Shown in pieces: positions 33,637-46,026 of a DNA stretch of 64,000 nt; the stretch's first letter is position 1; each line of letters opens with the position of its first letter. The DNA is from Puniceicoccales bacterium (GTDB lineage: Bacteria; Verrucomicrobiota; Verrucomicrobiia; Opitutales; JAIRLM01): assembly GCA_031268795.1 (NCBI GenBank), contig JAIRWT010000014.1, forward strand, positions 29,383-93,382, read 5' to 3'. A program made the translations under genes and the position numbers. Below the pieces are notes generated by a model. It saw only the letters and a list, made by a program, of their open reading frames with translations. It searched no databases and was not told the DNA's origin.

Positions 33637-36600
33637 ATGAGCATGCGCATTTATCAACTATCGAAAAAACTTGGTATATCAAATCGGGAATTGGTGGATC
33701 TCCTTAAATCCAGAGGTTTTGACGTGGGCGGCGCATCTAGTAACGTTGCAGACATATATGTGGAGGAGCTCATCCGTGAGTATGGTGGCCCCGCGCCGTC
33801 GGCTCCATCGGCACCTGAAAATTTTAAGGCGGTGCCTGCGCATGGCGCCACAGTTAGGTCCGCGAGAAATGAGACAATGTCGGCCGATGGGTCGGTTAAA
33901 AATTTCATGGCCGTCGCAAATGAACGGCCGCCGGAGAGAGTTGATATTTCCGAGGAAGAAACTTTTCCGAACAAAGGAGACGTTGGAAAAGAGGGCGAAG
34001 GCGCGTTGGACATTGTTCCTAAAACTCGCACGAGAAACTCCGCCGTTGCCGGTGTGATTAAAAAAAAGACCGTAACGGAGGCACCCGCTGATGGCCATGG
34101 GGAAAAAAGCATTACCCAAATAAGCCAAAGCGAATTTCCGGTGAATGGCGCAACGGGTACTTTCGCGGAGTCATCGTCCGCGGGAATGATGGCCAATGAA
34201 AAAATGGAAATTTTTGAAAATCGTGAATTGGCCATTGGAAAAATGCCACTGAATAATTTCCCGGCTGGACGGGCCGCCATTCAATCGTCGGATAAAGAAT
34301 TGGGTGGCGACCGCATGGACCGGCACATGCGGACGGGTCGTACCACTGGGCCACGCATGCAAGTGTTGCAGCCGGGTTACGGGCGGCGTCCAGGGCCTTC
34401 CGCTTCTTTTACCGAACCACAACACGAGGCGCCAAAGCAATCACTCCTGAAATCAGTGGATGGGCCATCCGCGGAACGGCCACGGATGGTCCCATTGGAG
34501 CGGCTACAGGGGGCGCTGCAAGGGCAAAAGCGTCGCTGGGGCAGCTATCGTCCGGGTGGCGGTCCATCCACCGGTTCTGGATCTGGCGATCGGTGGCACG
34601 GTGGCGCCCCATTTGGCCAACGCGGCAGCCGTCCTGGAGATGGTGCCCAATCCGGTAATGGCGCCTTTGGTGATCGTGGGAGGGGACGTGATTTTCGCGG
34701 GGATAGGCCCGGTGGAACGTTTGCGGCAAGCAATAGTGCGCCTGGTAATGGGCCGCGGCGACAAAACGACGGTTTCCGTGGGGATCGTGGAAATTTTGGC
34801 GCCCGCACGGGTGGTAATTCTCGTCCGGAACGGGGACGATGGGCCGGGCCGAATGTGCGCGGATTTCCGCAAAAAGCAGCACCATCCATTCCGGCGACGG
34901 CACGTCGACCATCGAAATCCCAACCAAATGCTGGCACAAGCGGCGGGGCTCAAGGAAATGTTCTGTCATTGAAACTGCCACGGAGTGTCCGCGAATTAGC
35001 TCCGGATGTTGGCTTAAAACCTTTTCAAATCATTTCCGAGCTCATGCGTATGGGGATTTTTGCATCGATGAACTACGTGATCGATGAATCACTGGCAAGG
35101 CGTCTTGGAGAGCGTTTCGAATTCCAATTCGAAGTGCAGAAGACGACGGCGGCATCAAAGGCAATTTCAATTCAGCCTAAAGCCAATGCGGAAGTGCGCA
35201 ATGCCGTTTTGGCAACAAGACCTCCCGTTGTATGCGTGTTAGGGCACGTTGATCACGGAAAAACCACATTGTTGGATAACATTAGAAAAACAAATGTGGT
35301 TTCCGGTGAGGCAGGAGGAATTACCCAGCACATTGGCGCCTATGAAATTATTCTCGGCGACAAATCAATTACTTTCATCGACACACCAGGCCATGCGGCA
35401 TTTTCCAAGATGCGCGAGCGCGGTGCTAACATAACAGATATCGCCATTTTAACCGTTGCCGCCGACGATGGTTTTATGCCGCAAACCGATGAGGCATTAA
35501 ATTTTGTCCAGCGAGCCGGGGTTCCAATCATCGTGGCCATCAATAAAATTGATGCCAAAGGGGCGAATGTGGATCGTGTGAAGCAGCAGATGCAACAGCG
35601 CGGCATCGCCCCGGAGGATTGGGGTGGGGCAACGCTATGTCAGGGGGTGTCTGCCATAAAAGGCGACGGACTAAAAGAATTGCTGGAATTAGTATTAGTA
35701 CAGGCGGAAATGCTCGAGTTAAATGCAGACTATGGAGCACCGGCGCAAGGTGTGGTCATCGAATCACAAATGGAGATTGGGCGGGGGCCAACGGCCTCAG
35801 TGATCATCCAAGACGGAACGCTAAGGGTGGGCGATGCCGTCGTTTGCGGCGAGGAGTATTGCAAGGTGCGGGCTATGTTGGATGACAATGGGAAGACCCT
35901 AACGACGGCATCGCCGGCGAAGCCTTGCAAAATTATCGGCTGGTCAGGTGCGGTGGATGCGGGCTCCATCTTTGCCCAGGTGCGTGACGAAAAAGAGGCA
36001 CGCCAGCTGGCGGATGAAAGCCGCGCGGATGCCGTTCGGGAGGGATCAGAGTGTACCCCCAGTGGCTATCGGCGATCTTCCCGCCGCCTTGTCAATCGAA
36101 GTGAGGACGGCGTGGAGGCACTGTTTGCTGCAATCAATGCTAAGCAAAAGTGCACCCTCCCGATTGTCATTAAAGGCGACGTGCAAGGGAGCGTGGAAGC
36201 ACTGGAGGCTTGTTTGCGAGAATTGCCACAAGATAAAATCGGCTTAGATGTGGTACGCGCGGAGATTGGGTCGGTTGTCAAAAATGACGTTGAATTTGCC
36301 CAGTCCGCCGGCGCCACAATTGTTGCTTTTAACGTGAAGGCGGAAAACGGCGTCCAGGCGCTGCTCAAACAGCACGGAATTCATCTCATTCAACACAACA
36401 TCATCTATGAGCTCATCGGGCGTGTGCGTGATGCCATGGCGGAGTTGTTGGAGCCGGAGATTCGCGAAGAAAAGTTTGGAGCGGCCCAGGTGCGACAGGT
36501 ATTTCGCCTGTCCAAATACGCAGTAGCAGGTTGCATGGTCACCGAAGGTAAAATTGTCCGCGAAAGTGATGCCTTATTCCGCGTTCACCGGGGGGGGAAG

Positions 36601-36765
36601 ATTCTCTTTGATGGCAAGATATCATCCCTGCGCCGGGCCAAGGAGGACGTTACCGAGGTGCGCGCCGGATTCGAATGCGGCATTGCCTTGGCTGGCTTCG
36701 AAGGCCACCAATCCGGCGATATTATAGAGTGTTACAAAGTGCAAAAAATTCGCCCAAGTCTCTAG
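33637..36765 (+). CDS. infB: Translation initiation factor IF-2, with a long G/R/P-rich N-terminal extension
   Basis: IF2-N motif MRIYQLSKKLGISNRELVDLL. GTPase motifs GHVDHGKTTLLD, DTPGHAAF, NKID. 1,042 aa. Confidence 0.95.
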   Translation: MSMRIYQLSKKLGISNRELVDLLKSRGFDVGGASSNVADIYVEELIREYGGPAPSAPSAPENFKAVPAHGATVRSARNETMSADGSVKNFMAVANERPPERVDISEEETFPNKGDVGKEGEGALDIVPKTRTRNSAVAGVIKKKTVTEAPADGHGEKSITQISQSEFPVNGATGTFAESSSAGMMANEKMEIFENRELAIGKMPLNNFPAGRAAIQSSDKELGGDRMDRHMRTGRTTGPRMQVLQPGYGRRPGPSASFTEPQHEAPKQSLLKSVDGPSAERPRMVPLERLQGALQGQKRRWGSYRPGGGPSTGSGSGDRWHGGAPFGQRGSRPGDGAQSGNGAFGDRGRGRDFRGDRPGGTFAASNSAPGNGPRRQNDGFRGDRGNFGARTGGNSRPERGRWAGPNVRGFPQKAAPSIPATARRPSKSQPNAGTSGGAQGNVLSLKLPRSVRELAPDVGLKPFQIISELMRMGIFASMNYVIDESLARRLGERFEFQFEVQKTTAASKAISIQPKANAEVRNAVLATRPPVVCVLGHVDHGKTTLLDNIRKTNVVSGEAGGITQHIGAYEIILGDKSITFIDTPGHAAFSKMRERGANITDIAILTVAADDGFMPQTDEALNFVQRAGVPIIVAINKIDAKGANVDRVKQQMQQRGIAPEDWGGATLCQGVSAIKGDGLKELLELVLVQAEMLELNADYGAPAQGVVIESQMEIGRGPTASVIIQDGTLRVGDAVVCGEEYCKVRAMLDDNGKTLTTASPAKPCKIIGWSGAVDAGSIFAQVRDEKEARQLADESRADAVREGSECTPSGYRRSSRRLVNRSEDGVEALFAAINAKQKCTLPIVIKGDVQGSVEALEACLRELPQDKIGLDVVRAEIGSVVKNDVEFAQSAGATIVAFNVKAENGVQALLKQHGIHLIQHNIIYELIGRVRDAMAELLEPEIREEKFGAAQVRQVFRLSKYAVAGCMVTEGKIVRESDALFRVHRGGKILFDGKISSLRRAKEDVTEVRAGFECGIALAGFEGHQSGDIIECYKVQKIRPSL

Positions 36766-36768
36766 GCC

Positions 36769-37095
36769 ATGTCTGATCGAATAACACGTCGCAACGAGGT
36801 AATGCTGAAGGAGTTAAGTTCTCTGCTGCACAAGCATTTTCGCGATGAATCCACGCTGCTAACCATAACGCGTGTTGCGATTGATGATGATTTGCAGCAT
36901 GGCCGGGTGTTTTTTTCCACGCCGGACGAATATTCCCGAGACAAGGCGGAGCAATTCTTTAGAGCTCGAGGTACCCGTCTTAAGTATCTACTATCAAAAC
37001 GCGTGCCCATCCGGAAGTTTCCAGAACTGCATTTTTACTACGATTCATCCTTGGGCAATGAGCTCCGCATCAACGAAATTTTAGACTCTCTATAA
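36769..37095 (+). CDS. rbfA: Ribosome-binding factor A
   Basis: 108-aa ORF directly after infB. The N-terminus RITRRNEVMLKELSSLL... and the size are typical for RbfA. Confidence 0.8.
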   Translation: MSDRITRRNEVMLKELSSLLHKHFRDESTLLTITRVAIDDDLQHGRVFFSTPDEYSRDKAEQFFRARGTRLKYLLSKRVPIRKFPELHFYYDSSLGNELRINEILDSL

Positions 37096-37363
37096 AATTT
37101 TTTGCAATTAACATGTGGTGATTATATCGGTTGCCTACTTTGGTAGTAATTTCGGCGCCGGTTATGCCGCTATTGCTGAATTTGGTCGATGTGGGTGGCT
37201 GGGGCCATGGAATCTGAATGTGCAGAATTAAAAAGCCAGGAGTGGCAGGCGATACTGGCGAAAAACCACTTGAGTTCCAGCGAATTTCCCCATAGGCATG
37301 GGGGAATTAGAGTTGGCACGCCGCATCCGTAAATAGGCATCGGAAACAAACGATAAGAAATAT

Positions 37364-39823
37364 ATGAGTGAGGAAGATGTTGTTCAGCGGGTAGCGGAAG
37401 AAGCAATCGAGAGTAGTGCCAATGATCGCAGCATAGTGGAGATCATGGAGGGTGCTTATTTGGACTATTCCATGTCGGTGATTGTTTCTAGGGCCTTGCC
37501 AGACGTTCGGGATGGCCTCAAACCGGTACAGCGCAGAATTTTATACGCCATGCTGCGGGAGGGATTAATTCACAATCGCCCATTCGATAAATGCGCCGGA
37601 GTGATCGGTGAAGTTTTAAAAAATTACCACCCACATGGGGATTCTTCCGTATATGATGCCCTGGTTCGCCTGGCGCAGCCGTGGGTCATGAGGTATCCAT
37701 TGCTTCAATCGCAAGGAAATTTTGGCTCCATCGATGGGGATCCACCGGCTGCATACCGCTACACGGAGTGCAAACTTGATCGCATGGCTGAGGATCTATT
37801 GCGGGATTTGGACGAGGATACCGTTGATTACATGCCCAATTACAAGGAAAGCACCCAGGAGCCAACGGTGTTACCCGGTGCCTTACCTAATCTTTTACTT
37901 AATGGGTCAACGGGTATTGCCGTTGGAATGACCACTAATATTCCACCTCATAATTTATTGGAAATTATTGATGCTCTACTGGTCCTAATTGACGCACCGC
38001 ATACAAGTCTTGACGGGATTGTAAAAATAATCCAGGGCCCGGATTTTCCAACCGGCGGAGAAATCGTTGGCGTTGAAGGTATTCGCAAGTACTTGCGCAC
38101 CGGCCGTGGAATCATCCGCGTGCGCGGGAAGGTTCATTGCGAAGAAATGAAATCCGGGCGTGAGCAGATTGTCATCGATGAAATTCCATATAATGTTAAC
38201 CGTGCAACACTTGTAGAAAAAATTGCCGAATTAGTCACCGCCAAGGAGTTGGATGAGGTTTCCGATATCCGCGATGAATCAACGGAAAATACACGTATCG
38301 TACTAGAGCTCAAGCGCGGTGAGCCATCACGTGTCGTAACCAATAAATTATTTCGGCATACCACGCTGGAGAATTCTTTCGGGGTTATTCTTCTGGCATT
38401 GGACCGCAAGCGGCCGAAGCAGATGAACATCAAGGAAATACTTGAGCTTTATTTGGAGCATAGGCGAGACGTGGTATCCCGGCGCACGCAATTTCGTTTG
38501 CGAAAGGCGTCCCAGCGCGCGCATGTGCTGGAGGGATTCCGCGTGGCCCTCAACCATTTGGATGACTTCGTGCGGATTATTCGGGGGGCAAACGATCGGG
38601 ATAGCGCCAAGCGTGCGCTAATGGAAAAGTATAATGTCACGGAAGTGCAGGCGGATGCGGTCTTAGAATTGCGCCTCTATCAACTAACCGGACTGGAACG
38701 GGCAAAGGTAGAAGATGAGTTGGGGGAATTGCGGAGGCGAATCCAAGAGTATGAGGGCATTTTAGCCAGCCAGTCACAGCTAATGACCCTCATCCGGAAG
38801 GAATTGGTTGATATACGTGCGACATATGGCGATCAGCGGCATACGAAGATTGTTCCAGCGGAGGGGGAGTTTTCCATCGAGGACGTTATTTCGAATGAAG
38901 GTTGCGTTATTACCATTTCCAACAAGGGATTCATCAAACGCACGGCTGTGGATTCATACCACACGCAGCGGCGTGGTGGCAAAGGCGTCATGGGGGCAAA
39001 GCAGCACGAGGATGATTTCATCGAACACATTTTCTCGGCTAACACACATAGCTACATTTTGTTTTTCATGAATAATGGAAGACTTTATGTACAAAAGGTC
39101 TATGATATTCCCGAGGCCGCACGCACGGCGAAGGGGCGTTCACTGGTAAACCTTCTCAATATGCATGAGGGGGAACGCATTGCAGCCATGATATGCGCAA
39201 AGGATTTTGCATCCGAGCAGAATGTGGTCATGTGCACTCGCAAAGGAGTGATAAAAAAAACAGCCCTTAGCAACTATCGCAATTTTCGCCGGGACGGCAT
39301 CATCGGTATCAATATTGACGAGGATGATGTGCTCATTGCCGCGCACCTCACGGCCGGCGAAGATGAAATTGTTATCGTCACACGAAACGGTATGTCTGTG
39401 AAATTTAATGAGTCTGATTTGCGCGTGCAAGGACGTGCCACTCGCGGTGTTCGTGGAATCTCCCTGCGCAAGGGTGATGCGGTGAAAATGATGACCGTGG
39501 TTGAACCGGAGACCACCATGCTTTTAGCCACGGAAAATGGGTTGGGGAAGCGATCACATTTTGAAGATTACCGTCTCCAGCGGCGCGGAGGGTTAGGCAT
39601 CATTGCCATGCGCGCCCACGCACCAATTTGTTCCGCCGTAAGTGTTCGCGAGGATGAGCAAATTATGATGGTTACCAGGCAAGGGCAGGCTGTTCGCAGC
39701 AAGGTTTCCGATATTCGCGTAATTGGTCGTACGACCCAGGGGGTAAGACTCATCAACTTGGCCCCTGGTGACGTGCTCATTGGCGTTAGCCGGGTGGTAG
39801 AAATTGAAGGTGGTGAAGAATAA
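37364..39823 (+). CDS. gyrA: DNA gyrase subunit A
   Basis: [14 protein letters not shown], active-site Tyr context [10 protein letters not shown], and the GyrA-box QRRGGKGV in the C-terminal beta-pinwheel, which favours GyrA over ParC. No adjacent gyrB. Confidence 0.92.
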   Translation: MSEEDVVQRVAEEAIESSANDRSIVEIMEGAYLDYSMSVIVSRALPDVRDGLKPVQRRILYAMLREGLIHNRPFDKCAGVIGEVLKNYHPHGDSSVYDALVRLAQPWVMRYPLLQSQGNFGSIDGDPPAAYRYTECKLDRMAEDLLRDLDEDTVDYMPNYKESTQEPTVLPGALPNLLLNGSTGIAVGMTTNIPPHNLLEIIDALLVLIDAPHTSLDGIVKIIQGPDFPTGGEIVGVEGIRKYLRTGRGIIRVRGKVHCEEMKSGREQIVIDEIPYNVNRATLVEKIAELVTAKELDEVSDIRDESTENTRIVLELKRGEPSRVVTNKLFRHTTLENSFGVILLALDRKRPKQMNIKEILELYLEHRRDVVSRRTQFRLRKASQRAHVLEGFRVALNHLDDFVRIIRGANDRDSAKRALMEKYNVTEVQADAVLELRLYQLTGLERAKVEDELGELRRRIQEYEGILASQSQLMTLIRKELVDIRATYGDQRHTKIVPAEGEFSIEDVISNEGCVITISNKGFIKRTAVDSYHTQRRGGKGVMGAKQHEDDFIEHIFSANTHSYILFFMNNGRLYVQKVYDIPEAARTAKGRSLVNLLNMHEGERIAAMICAKDFASEQNVVMCTRKGVIKKTALSNYRNFRRDGIIGINIDEDDVLIAAHLTAGEDEIVIVTRNGMSVKFNESDLRVQGRATRGVRGISLRKGDAVKMMTVVEPETTMLLATENGLGKRSHFEDYRLQRRGGLGIIAMRAHAPICSAVSVREDEQIMMVTRQGQAVRSKVSDIRVIGRTTQGVRLINLAPGDVLIGVSRVVEIEGGEE

Positions 39824-40025
39824 TATTCATATGAACCTCAAAGCCATTTGGAAATCCCAGAATCGTAAAATTTTTTCGCGGAAAAGGTTCGACATGGTTA
39901 TTTTCTCAACTTGACTCATATTAAAGATAATTGGGCGGTTGATCCCGTTTGGGAGCGACAGCGTTTATTTTATTGATGGCGGCGATACCTGCAACTGGGT
40001 CGCAATTTTGAGGTAGCAGTTACGA

Positions 40026-41477
40026 ATGAAGTTTACGGATTTGAACCCGAAAAGGGAGATTGGTGCACACAGTCTACACATTGAGCTTGGTGCGTTTCAT
40101 ATACTTATTGACGGAGGCATGAGCCCAAAGGATGTTGGCTTGGCTTGTTTGCCGGATTATACGCGCATACCAAAGGATTCCGTCGATCTTATTTTGCTCA
40201 CACATTGCCACCTGGATCACATCGGTTCACTCCCTTGCGTCCATCGGCAGCAGCCGGCGGCACGACTCCTGATGACGCGCGCATCCGCGGAAATTCTTCC
40301 GGTGATGCTTCAGAATTCCCACTCGGTGATGCTGCGACAGCGGGATGAAATGGATGTGAAGGAGTATCCATTGTTCACGCGCCAGGAGGTGGATGCGGTG
40401 AGTGATGATACATTTATCATGGGCTTTGGCCACACTAGAGAATTCATCAAGGATGGCGAACGACTGAAAATTACCTTCTATCCGGCCGGGCATGTCATGG
40501 GTGCGGCATCGATTTTGTTGGAGCACCAGGGCGTCCGCTATTTTTTCACCGGTGACATTCTCTTTCGTCATCAAAACACCCTGCATGGGGCACAAATTCC
40601 ACAAATGCAAGTGGACGTGCTCATCACGGAAACCACACGCGGGCTTGCGGAACTGCCTGCTGGATTTTCCTATGAAGGCGAAATTTTACGCCTTTTGGAA
40701 TCCGTGGCACAAACACTCAATGGTGGCGGCTCATGCCTACTTCCAGTTTTTGCCCTGGGGCGCTTGCAAGAAATGGTAACGCTAATTTACATGGCCAGGC
40801 GGCATAAAATCCTTCCCAGGAAGTTTCCGATCTATTGCTCCGGGCTCGGGCTAGCAATCGTGGACGTTTTCGAAAAAATTTATCGCAACCGTCGCTACTA
40901 TGGCGTCGACTATAATGCAGAAAATTCAATCGTAGCGCCCGGAGCGGCTCATGGATCCGAGCATCCCATGGCGCCAAGGGATAAGTGTTTGTTTCGTAAA
41001 CATTTTCTCCGCGACCTTGGAGTACGCCCACTCATTGGTCGCCGATTAAAGGCAGGTCTCGATATCCGCGTTCCCAGCCTATTCATCATGAGCAGTGGCA
41101 TGCTCGCGGAGCACACGCCATCTTACCAAATTGCCTCGTCTTTGCTGCCGTTTGAACATAATTTGATTGCCTTCACCGGATACTGCGATGCGGATACGCC
41201 AGGCGGAAAACTTTTAACTATGTCGCCGGGGGAGACATTTTCATTTGATGTGCTCAAGTTTGAAACACCCATCCGTGCGAGCATCCGGCGCTATGATTTT
41301 ACCGGACATGCCGATCGGGAGGATTTGATTCACTTGGCGCAATGCTTAAGGCCTAAGACAATTATTCTTTCTCACGGAGAACAGGATTCCCGCCTTTGGT
41401 TTACGGATGAATTAGCGAAGCGAATGCCAAAGGCAAAGGTCGTTAATCCTGAGCCGCAAATAACTTATGACATTTAA
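40026..41477 (+). CDS. Metallo-beta-lactamase / beta-CASP family nuclease
   Basis: HxHxDH motif LLTHCHLDHIGSLP, a later GHVMGAAS, and C-terminal TGHADREDL and SHGE motifs typical for the beta-CASP RNA-processing nucleases. Confidence 0.75.
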   Translation: MKFTDLNPKREIGAHSLHIELGAFHILIDGGMSPKDVGLACLPDYTRIPKDSVDLILLTHCHLDHIGSLPCVHRQQPAARLLMTRASAEILPVMLQNSHSVMLRQRDEMDVKEYPLFTRQEVDAVSDDTFIMGFGHTREFIKDGERLKITFYPAGHVMGAASILLEHQGVRYFFTGDILFRHQNTLHGAQIPQMQVDVLITETTRGLAELPAGFSYEGEILRLLESVAQTLNGGGSCLLPVFALGRLQEMVTLIYMARRHKILPRKFPIYCSGLGLAIVDVFEKIYRNRRYYGVDYNAENSIVAPGAAHGSEHPMAPRDKCLFRKHFLRDLGVRPLIGRRLKAGLDIRVPSLFIMSSGMLAEHTPSYQIASSLLPFEHNLIAFTGYCDADTPGGKLLTMSPGETFSFDVLKFETPIRASIRRYDFTGHADREDLIHLAQCLRPKTIILSHGEQDSRLWFTDELAKRMPKAKVVNPEPQITYDI

Positions 41478-41573
41478 GCAGAGATATCCGATTGCATTTT
41501 GTCGAAACCCGTGTAACAATTAGCAAATAAAGTCTTGTGCATCTAAGTTAATTAATTCATATGCTAATACCTA

Positions 41574-43136
41574 ATGCGTGAATCATCGGGTGTCGCAATT
41601 TTTCGACCAGCTGCGCCCTGTCTTTGCGCCTTTATCCTGGGCGCGCTCTTGCAAATTGACAAAAATTTATATGTAATTTTTTCATTGATATTTTTAGTTG
41701 TCTATCAATGCCGGCGACGTGGTTTTCGCGTGGGACTTTTTGTCCTGGCATGCATTTTTTGCATGACGGCATGGACACATTTTCGCCTTTCTACGCAAAT
41801 TCCGCCCATGCCAGAAAATCGTCCAATAAGGGGTCAACTTTTTTTGCAGCGCTGTACCGGACGTCCGCATGCGAATTACATGCGAATTTATGGATTTGCC
41901 ATAATGTTCCCAGGAAAAGTTCCCATATATTTTAATCTCAAACTGCCACAAAAATTGGTCGTTCCACACCGTGGACAGGTGGTTCACGCGGTATTTCGCC
42001 TCCAAAATACACAATCGGCGGAACGTGATTTTGAAAAATATTTGGCCGGCGTCGGCATTCGCTACCGGGCCTACGATGGTAGAATTTTAAGCATCGCCGG
42101 GGAAAGTACATTCAATCGAGGCATTACCCTTTTAGCGGAAAGAGCGTCCAGGGCATTGGCATGCGGCATGGATGCCTCGGGTTCGCTGGCGCATGTCTAC
42201 CACGGCATGTTACTGGGCGATCGATCGGCCATGACCGCCTACGAAAAAAGTGTATATTCGCGCACGGGGATCGCGCACCTTTTTGCCATTAGCGGACTTC
42301 ACATTGGGATCATTGGTTGGGTGATGTATTCTCTTACACGGGGAATTGCCCGCTGGCCAATCGGAATATTTTTTCTCCGCGTTTTTTCGCTGTATATTTT
42401 TGTGCAAATGACCGGAGGCAGTCCCTCCTCCTGGCGTGCATTTTCCACGGTGACTATTTTCTGGCTGGCACCATTAATTTTTCGCAGGGCGGATGCCTTA
42501 TCTTCCCTGCTTTTTTCGGCATTACTATCGCTAATTGCCAACCCGTTGAACATCCTAAATACTTCCTTTCAACTATCGTATGGCGTCGTTTTTTCGCTGT
42601 TGTGCTATGGAATGCCATTGGCCCGGTATTTGCGACGGCGTGTGGTTTTTTTTCGACGGCCATTACTTTTTGAAAAAAGGCCCTTGTGGGTTCGCTTCAT
42701 ACACCGCCTGTCCATGCGTGCCATGGATGCCATCGCCCTTTCCGTGGCAGCCACACTTCCCACAATTCCCATTTCCATATATCACTTTCAAACGTTTTCC
42801 GTGGGTGGAATTTTGCTTAATCCCTTCGTCATGCCTTTGGCATCGATCGCCATTGTTGCAGGATTTATTTCCCTCTGCCTGGGCCTTTTGAGCATTTGGC
42901 CATTGTGCTTTCTAATTAATCGAATTGCCTCCATTCCCCTTTGGATTATCCATGTGTGCGCAAAGTACGTTGATCATTGGCAGTGGATCGAGTCCTGGCG
43001 AATCACCATTTCCCAGGCCTTCACATTTGGGTGGTTTGCCGTTATTTGCATCAGCATGTATGCTCCGCCCTGTCGGCGCTTTCGTTTAAGTCTGCCATTG
43101 TTATTGTCCATTTTGCCGCTTTTATGGTTGGGTTGA
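41574..43136 (+). CDS. comEC: ComEC/Rec2-family membrane channel protein (competence domain only)
   Basis: Polytopic membrane protein with the ComEC signature GIAHLFAISGLHIGIIG. No C-terminal MBL domain. Confidence 0.8.
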   Translation: MRESSGVAIFRPAAPCLCAFILGALLQIDKNLYVIFSLIFLVVYQCRRRGFRVGLFVLACIFCMTAWTHFRLSTQIPPMPENRPIRGQLFLQRCTGRPHANYMRIYGFAIMFPGKVPIYFNLKLPQKLVVPHRGQVVHAVFRLQNTQSAERDFEKYLAGVGIRYRAYDGRILSIAGESTFNRGITLLAERASRALACGMDASGSLAHVYHGMLLGDRSAMTAYEKSVYSRTGIAHLFAISGLHIGIIGWVMYSLTRGIARWPIGIFFLRVFSLYIFVQMTGGSPSSWRAFSTVTIFWLAPLIFRRADALSSLLFSALLSLIANPLNILNTSFQLSYGVVFSLLCYGMPLARYLRRRVVFFRRPLLFEKRPLWVRFIHRLSMRAMDAIALSVAATLPTIPISIYHFQTFSVGGILLNPFVMPLASIAIVAGFISLCLGLLSIWPLCFLINRIASIPLWIIHVCAKYVDHWQWIESWRITISQAFTFGWFAVICISMYAPPCRRFRLSLPLLLSILPLLWLG

Positions 43137-43201
43137 CGGGGAAAATCACGATTTGTATATTTGCCATTGACTTGCCGGCGAAGGGAAAAGATTTACGAGT
43201 C

Positions 43202-43563
<362 letters not shown>

Positions 43564-43770
43564 ATTTTTTCGGCGGGTTTCATAAAAAGGTTCACCGGCA
43601 ACATGACGGTGCATACTGCCGCAGGAGCCAATACCATTCCAGTTGCACTAGCGAAATCGCAAGTTCAGTGATTAAGTGGATAGTGCTGCATAGGGAGGCT
43701 GTGCCACAAAGGGGGAAAGAACGATATTCCGCTTGTGAAAACTGGAAAATTTTAGCCCAATGAATGGAGT

Positions 43771-45114
43771 ATGTTCGAAAAACTTTCGGAAAAACTCCAA
43801 AATGCCATGCGCACCTTGCGCGGACTCAACCACATCACGGAGCGTAATATTAAAGACGCGCTGGCCGAGGTTCGAGATGCGCTTTTGGATGCGGACGTTT
43901 CCTTCGATATCATTAAATCATTTTTAAAGACGATTTTACAGAAAGCCACCGGCGAAAAGGTCTTTAAGTCCATTGCTCCAGGGCAACAACTCATTAAAAT
44001 TATCAATGACTCCATCATCGAGCTTTTCAGCCACACGCAAAAATTTTCCGAAGAAAAGCCCCTGCGTATCCTAATGGTCGGGCTTCATGGATCAGGGAAA
44101 ACTACATCCACCATCAAACTTGCCTACCATCTTCACAACAAAGGTTATCATCCGGCGGTGGTGGCTTGTGATGTTTACAGGCCGGCGGCCATCGATCAAC
44201 TGGAGCAACTTGCCCAAAGTGAGTCCATTGCCGTTTATAGCGACCGGAACGAAAAAAAACCCTTACACATTGCCAAAGATGCCATGGAAAAAATTAAGGG
44301 GGATGCATTCATTTTTGATACCGCAGGACGCTTGCAAATTGCCGAAGATTTGATCGATGAATTAAAAGAGCTTAAAAAAGTAATTCAACCGCAGGAAATC
44401 CTTCTTGTCGTTGACAGTGCACTTGGCCAGGAGGCGGTCGCCGTGGCGCAGACATTTCACGAAGCCGTTGGGCTTACGGGAATTTTTTTAACGAAGCTCG
44501 ACGGCGATACACGCGGTGGTGCGGCACTGTCCATGAAATACGCCACCGGTGTGCCCATCCAATTCATAGGAACTGGTGAACATGTGACGGACATGGACGC
44601 CTTCCGAGCCGAAGGAATGGCTCAGCGAATTCTAGGCATGGGCGACGTGATATCCCTGGTGGAGCGCGCCAAGGAGCGCATCGACAAAGGTGAGGCGGAC
44701 CGTCTAGCTAAGCGCTTTAGAAAAGCGGAATTTGATTTCGAAGACTATCTTTCTCAGATTGAGCAAATTGAAAAAATGGGATCCATGACTTCGCTCATGC
44801 AACTTCTTCCCGGCGTCGGTGGTCAGGCCGTATCGCCACGGGAGCTTTCCCAAATTGAACAGACTAAAGCCATTATTCGTGCCATGACTTCACAAGAACG
44901 GCGAAAACCATCTATTATCGCCGGATCGCGCAAACTGCGCATCGCTAAAGGCTCCGGTGTTCAACTGAAGGATGTTAATCACCTGCTAAAACAGTTTGAG
45001 ATGGTTAAGAAATCTATGAAAAAGATGAAACCAACACAGGGGCAAAAAACATCGCAGCGGATGTCCGGCGCCTGTGCCGTGCAGCAGCTTTCTAAGCTAT
45101 TTGGCAACAAATAA
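43771..45114 (+). CDS. ffh: Signal recognition particle protein Ffh
   Basis: GLHGSGKTTS, DTAGR, TKLDGDTRGGAALS, and a Met-rich M domain. Confidence 0.95.
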   Translation: MFEKLSEKLQNAMRTLRGLNHITERNIKDALAEVRDALLDADVSFDIIKSFLKTILQKATGEKVFKSIAPGQQLIKIINDSIIELFSHTQKFSEEKPLRILMVGLHGSGKTTSTIKLAYHLHNKGYHPAVVACDVYRPAAIDQLEQLAQSESIAVYSDRNEKKPLHIAKDAMEKIKGDAFIFDTAGRLQIAEDLIDELKELKKVIQPQEILLVVDSALGQEAVAVAQTFHEAVGLTGIFLTKLDGDTRGGAALSMKYATGVPIQFIGTGEHVTDMDAFRAEGMAQRILGMGDVISLVERAKERIDKGEADRLAKRFRKAEFDFEDYLSQIEQIEKMGSMTSLMQLLPGVGGQAVSPRELSQIEQTKAIIRAMTSQERRKPSIIAGSRKLRIAKGSGVQLKDVNHLLKQFEMVKKSMKKMKPTQGQKTSQRMSGACAVQQLSKLFGNK

Positions 45115-45191
45115 TTATGCCAGCACATAAATTCAAAAAATGTATCATTGCGCGCGGTCTAAAAGAGCTTATCTACCGCAACATAAATTTC

Positions 45192-45956
45192 ATGTCGTCG
45201 AAACTCGTTCACCTTGATCTCAGGCGGGGCACGCTAATTTCACGTCCAAATCGGTTCGTATTTGAAGGAATAATCAATGGCCGACGGCAGCTGTGGCACT
45301 GTCCGGTTACCGGAAGAGTTGGTAATGTTAGCAACTTTGATGGTATTCCGTGCCTGCTCACTCCGGCTTTGCCGACGGCTCGGCGATCGACGGCTGGGAC
45401 CGTTGAGGCCATACATCTCACCGAGAGAACCGGTTGGATTGGCATTAATCAGACCCGCATTAACGGTTGGATGGAGGAATTTTTTCGAAAAAATGCCCTT
45501 CCGGATTTGGTTAACACGAAGGGTTGCATCATTCGCCGTGAAGTCATGGCAGGTGGCTCACGGTTAGATTTAGTTATCGAAAATGGCGGTTCGCGCACAT
45601 TCGTGGAATTCAAAACGCCAACCCACGACCTATTATTGACCGATGCTTCCCGATTCACAACGCCAAGTTCCGGTGCTGTATTTTTTGAACGGCTTATTCG
45701 GCACTATGAAAGCCTTTGTTGCCTGGCGTTGGCCGGAAATCGCACGATTTTGGCCCTTTGCTTTATGTATGATGCACCACCGTTCACACCTCCGCCGATG
45801 GACAAGTGGAATGAACCAACCATGCGGGCGGCCAAATATGCCCAGGAATGTGGCGTTGAAAATTGGCAAATTAATTTGCGCATTAGCCCCAAGTCCTTAA
45901 GAATCGTACAATATATTCCCGTTAGCAGGCAATATGAATTATCGCTATTACAGTAG
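45192..45956 (+). CDS. sfsA: Sugar fermentation stimulation protein homolog SfsA
   Basis: RPNRFVFEGIINGRRQLWHCPVTGR matches the SfsA N-terminal block. The start is placed at the ATG at 45192 (MSSKLVHLD...); the track ORF begins at 45117. Confidence 0.72.
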   Translation: MSSKLVHLDLRRGTLISRPNRFVFEGIINGRRQLWHCPVTGRVGNVSNFDGIPCLLTPALPTARRSTAGTVEAIHLTERTGWIGINQTRINGWMEEFFRKNALPDLVNTKGCIIRREVMAGGSRLDLVIENGGSRTFVEFKTPTHDLLLTDASRFTTPSSGAVFFERLIRHYESLCCLALAGNRTILALCFMYDAPPFTPPPMDKWNEPTMRAAKYAQECGVENWQINLRISPKSLRIVQYIPVSRQYELSLLQ

Positions 45957-46026
45957 GCATCCGACGGCACGCCTTTGCCGTTGACTTTGTGGCGCAACAT
46001 GTGGGTTAGTCGGTGCCGGAGGGTTC

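Noticed and set aside
33654-34981. A cluster of overlapping ORFs on both strands (33654..34280, 34409..34981, 34460..34972, 34504..34953, 34545..34937).
   Set aside because: They lie inside the G/R/P-rich, GC-rich low-complexity N-terminal extension of infB, where stop codons are rare in every frame. The infB frame is continuous with the unmistakable GTPase domain.
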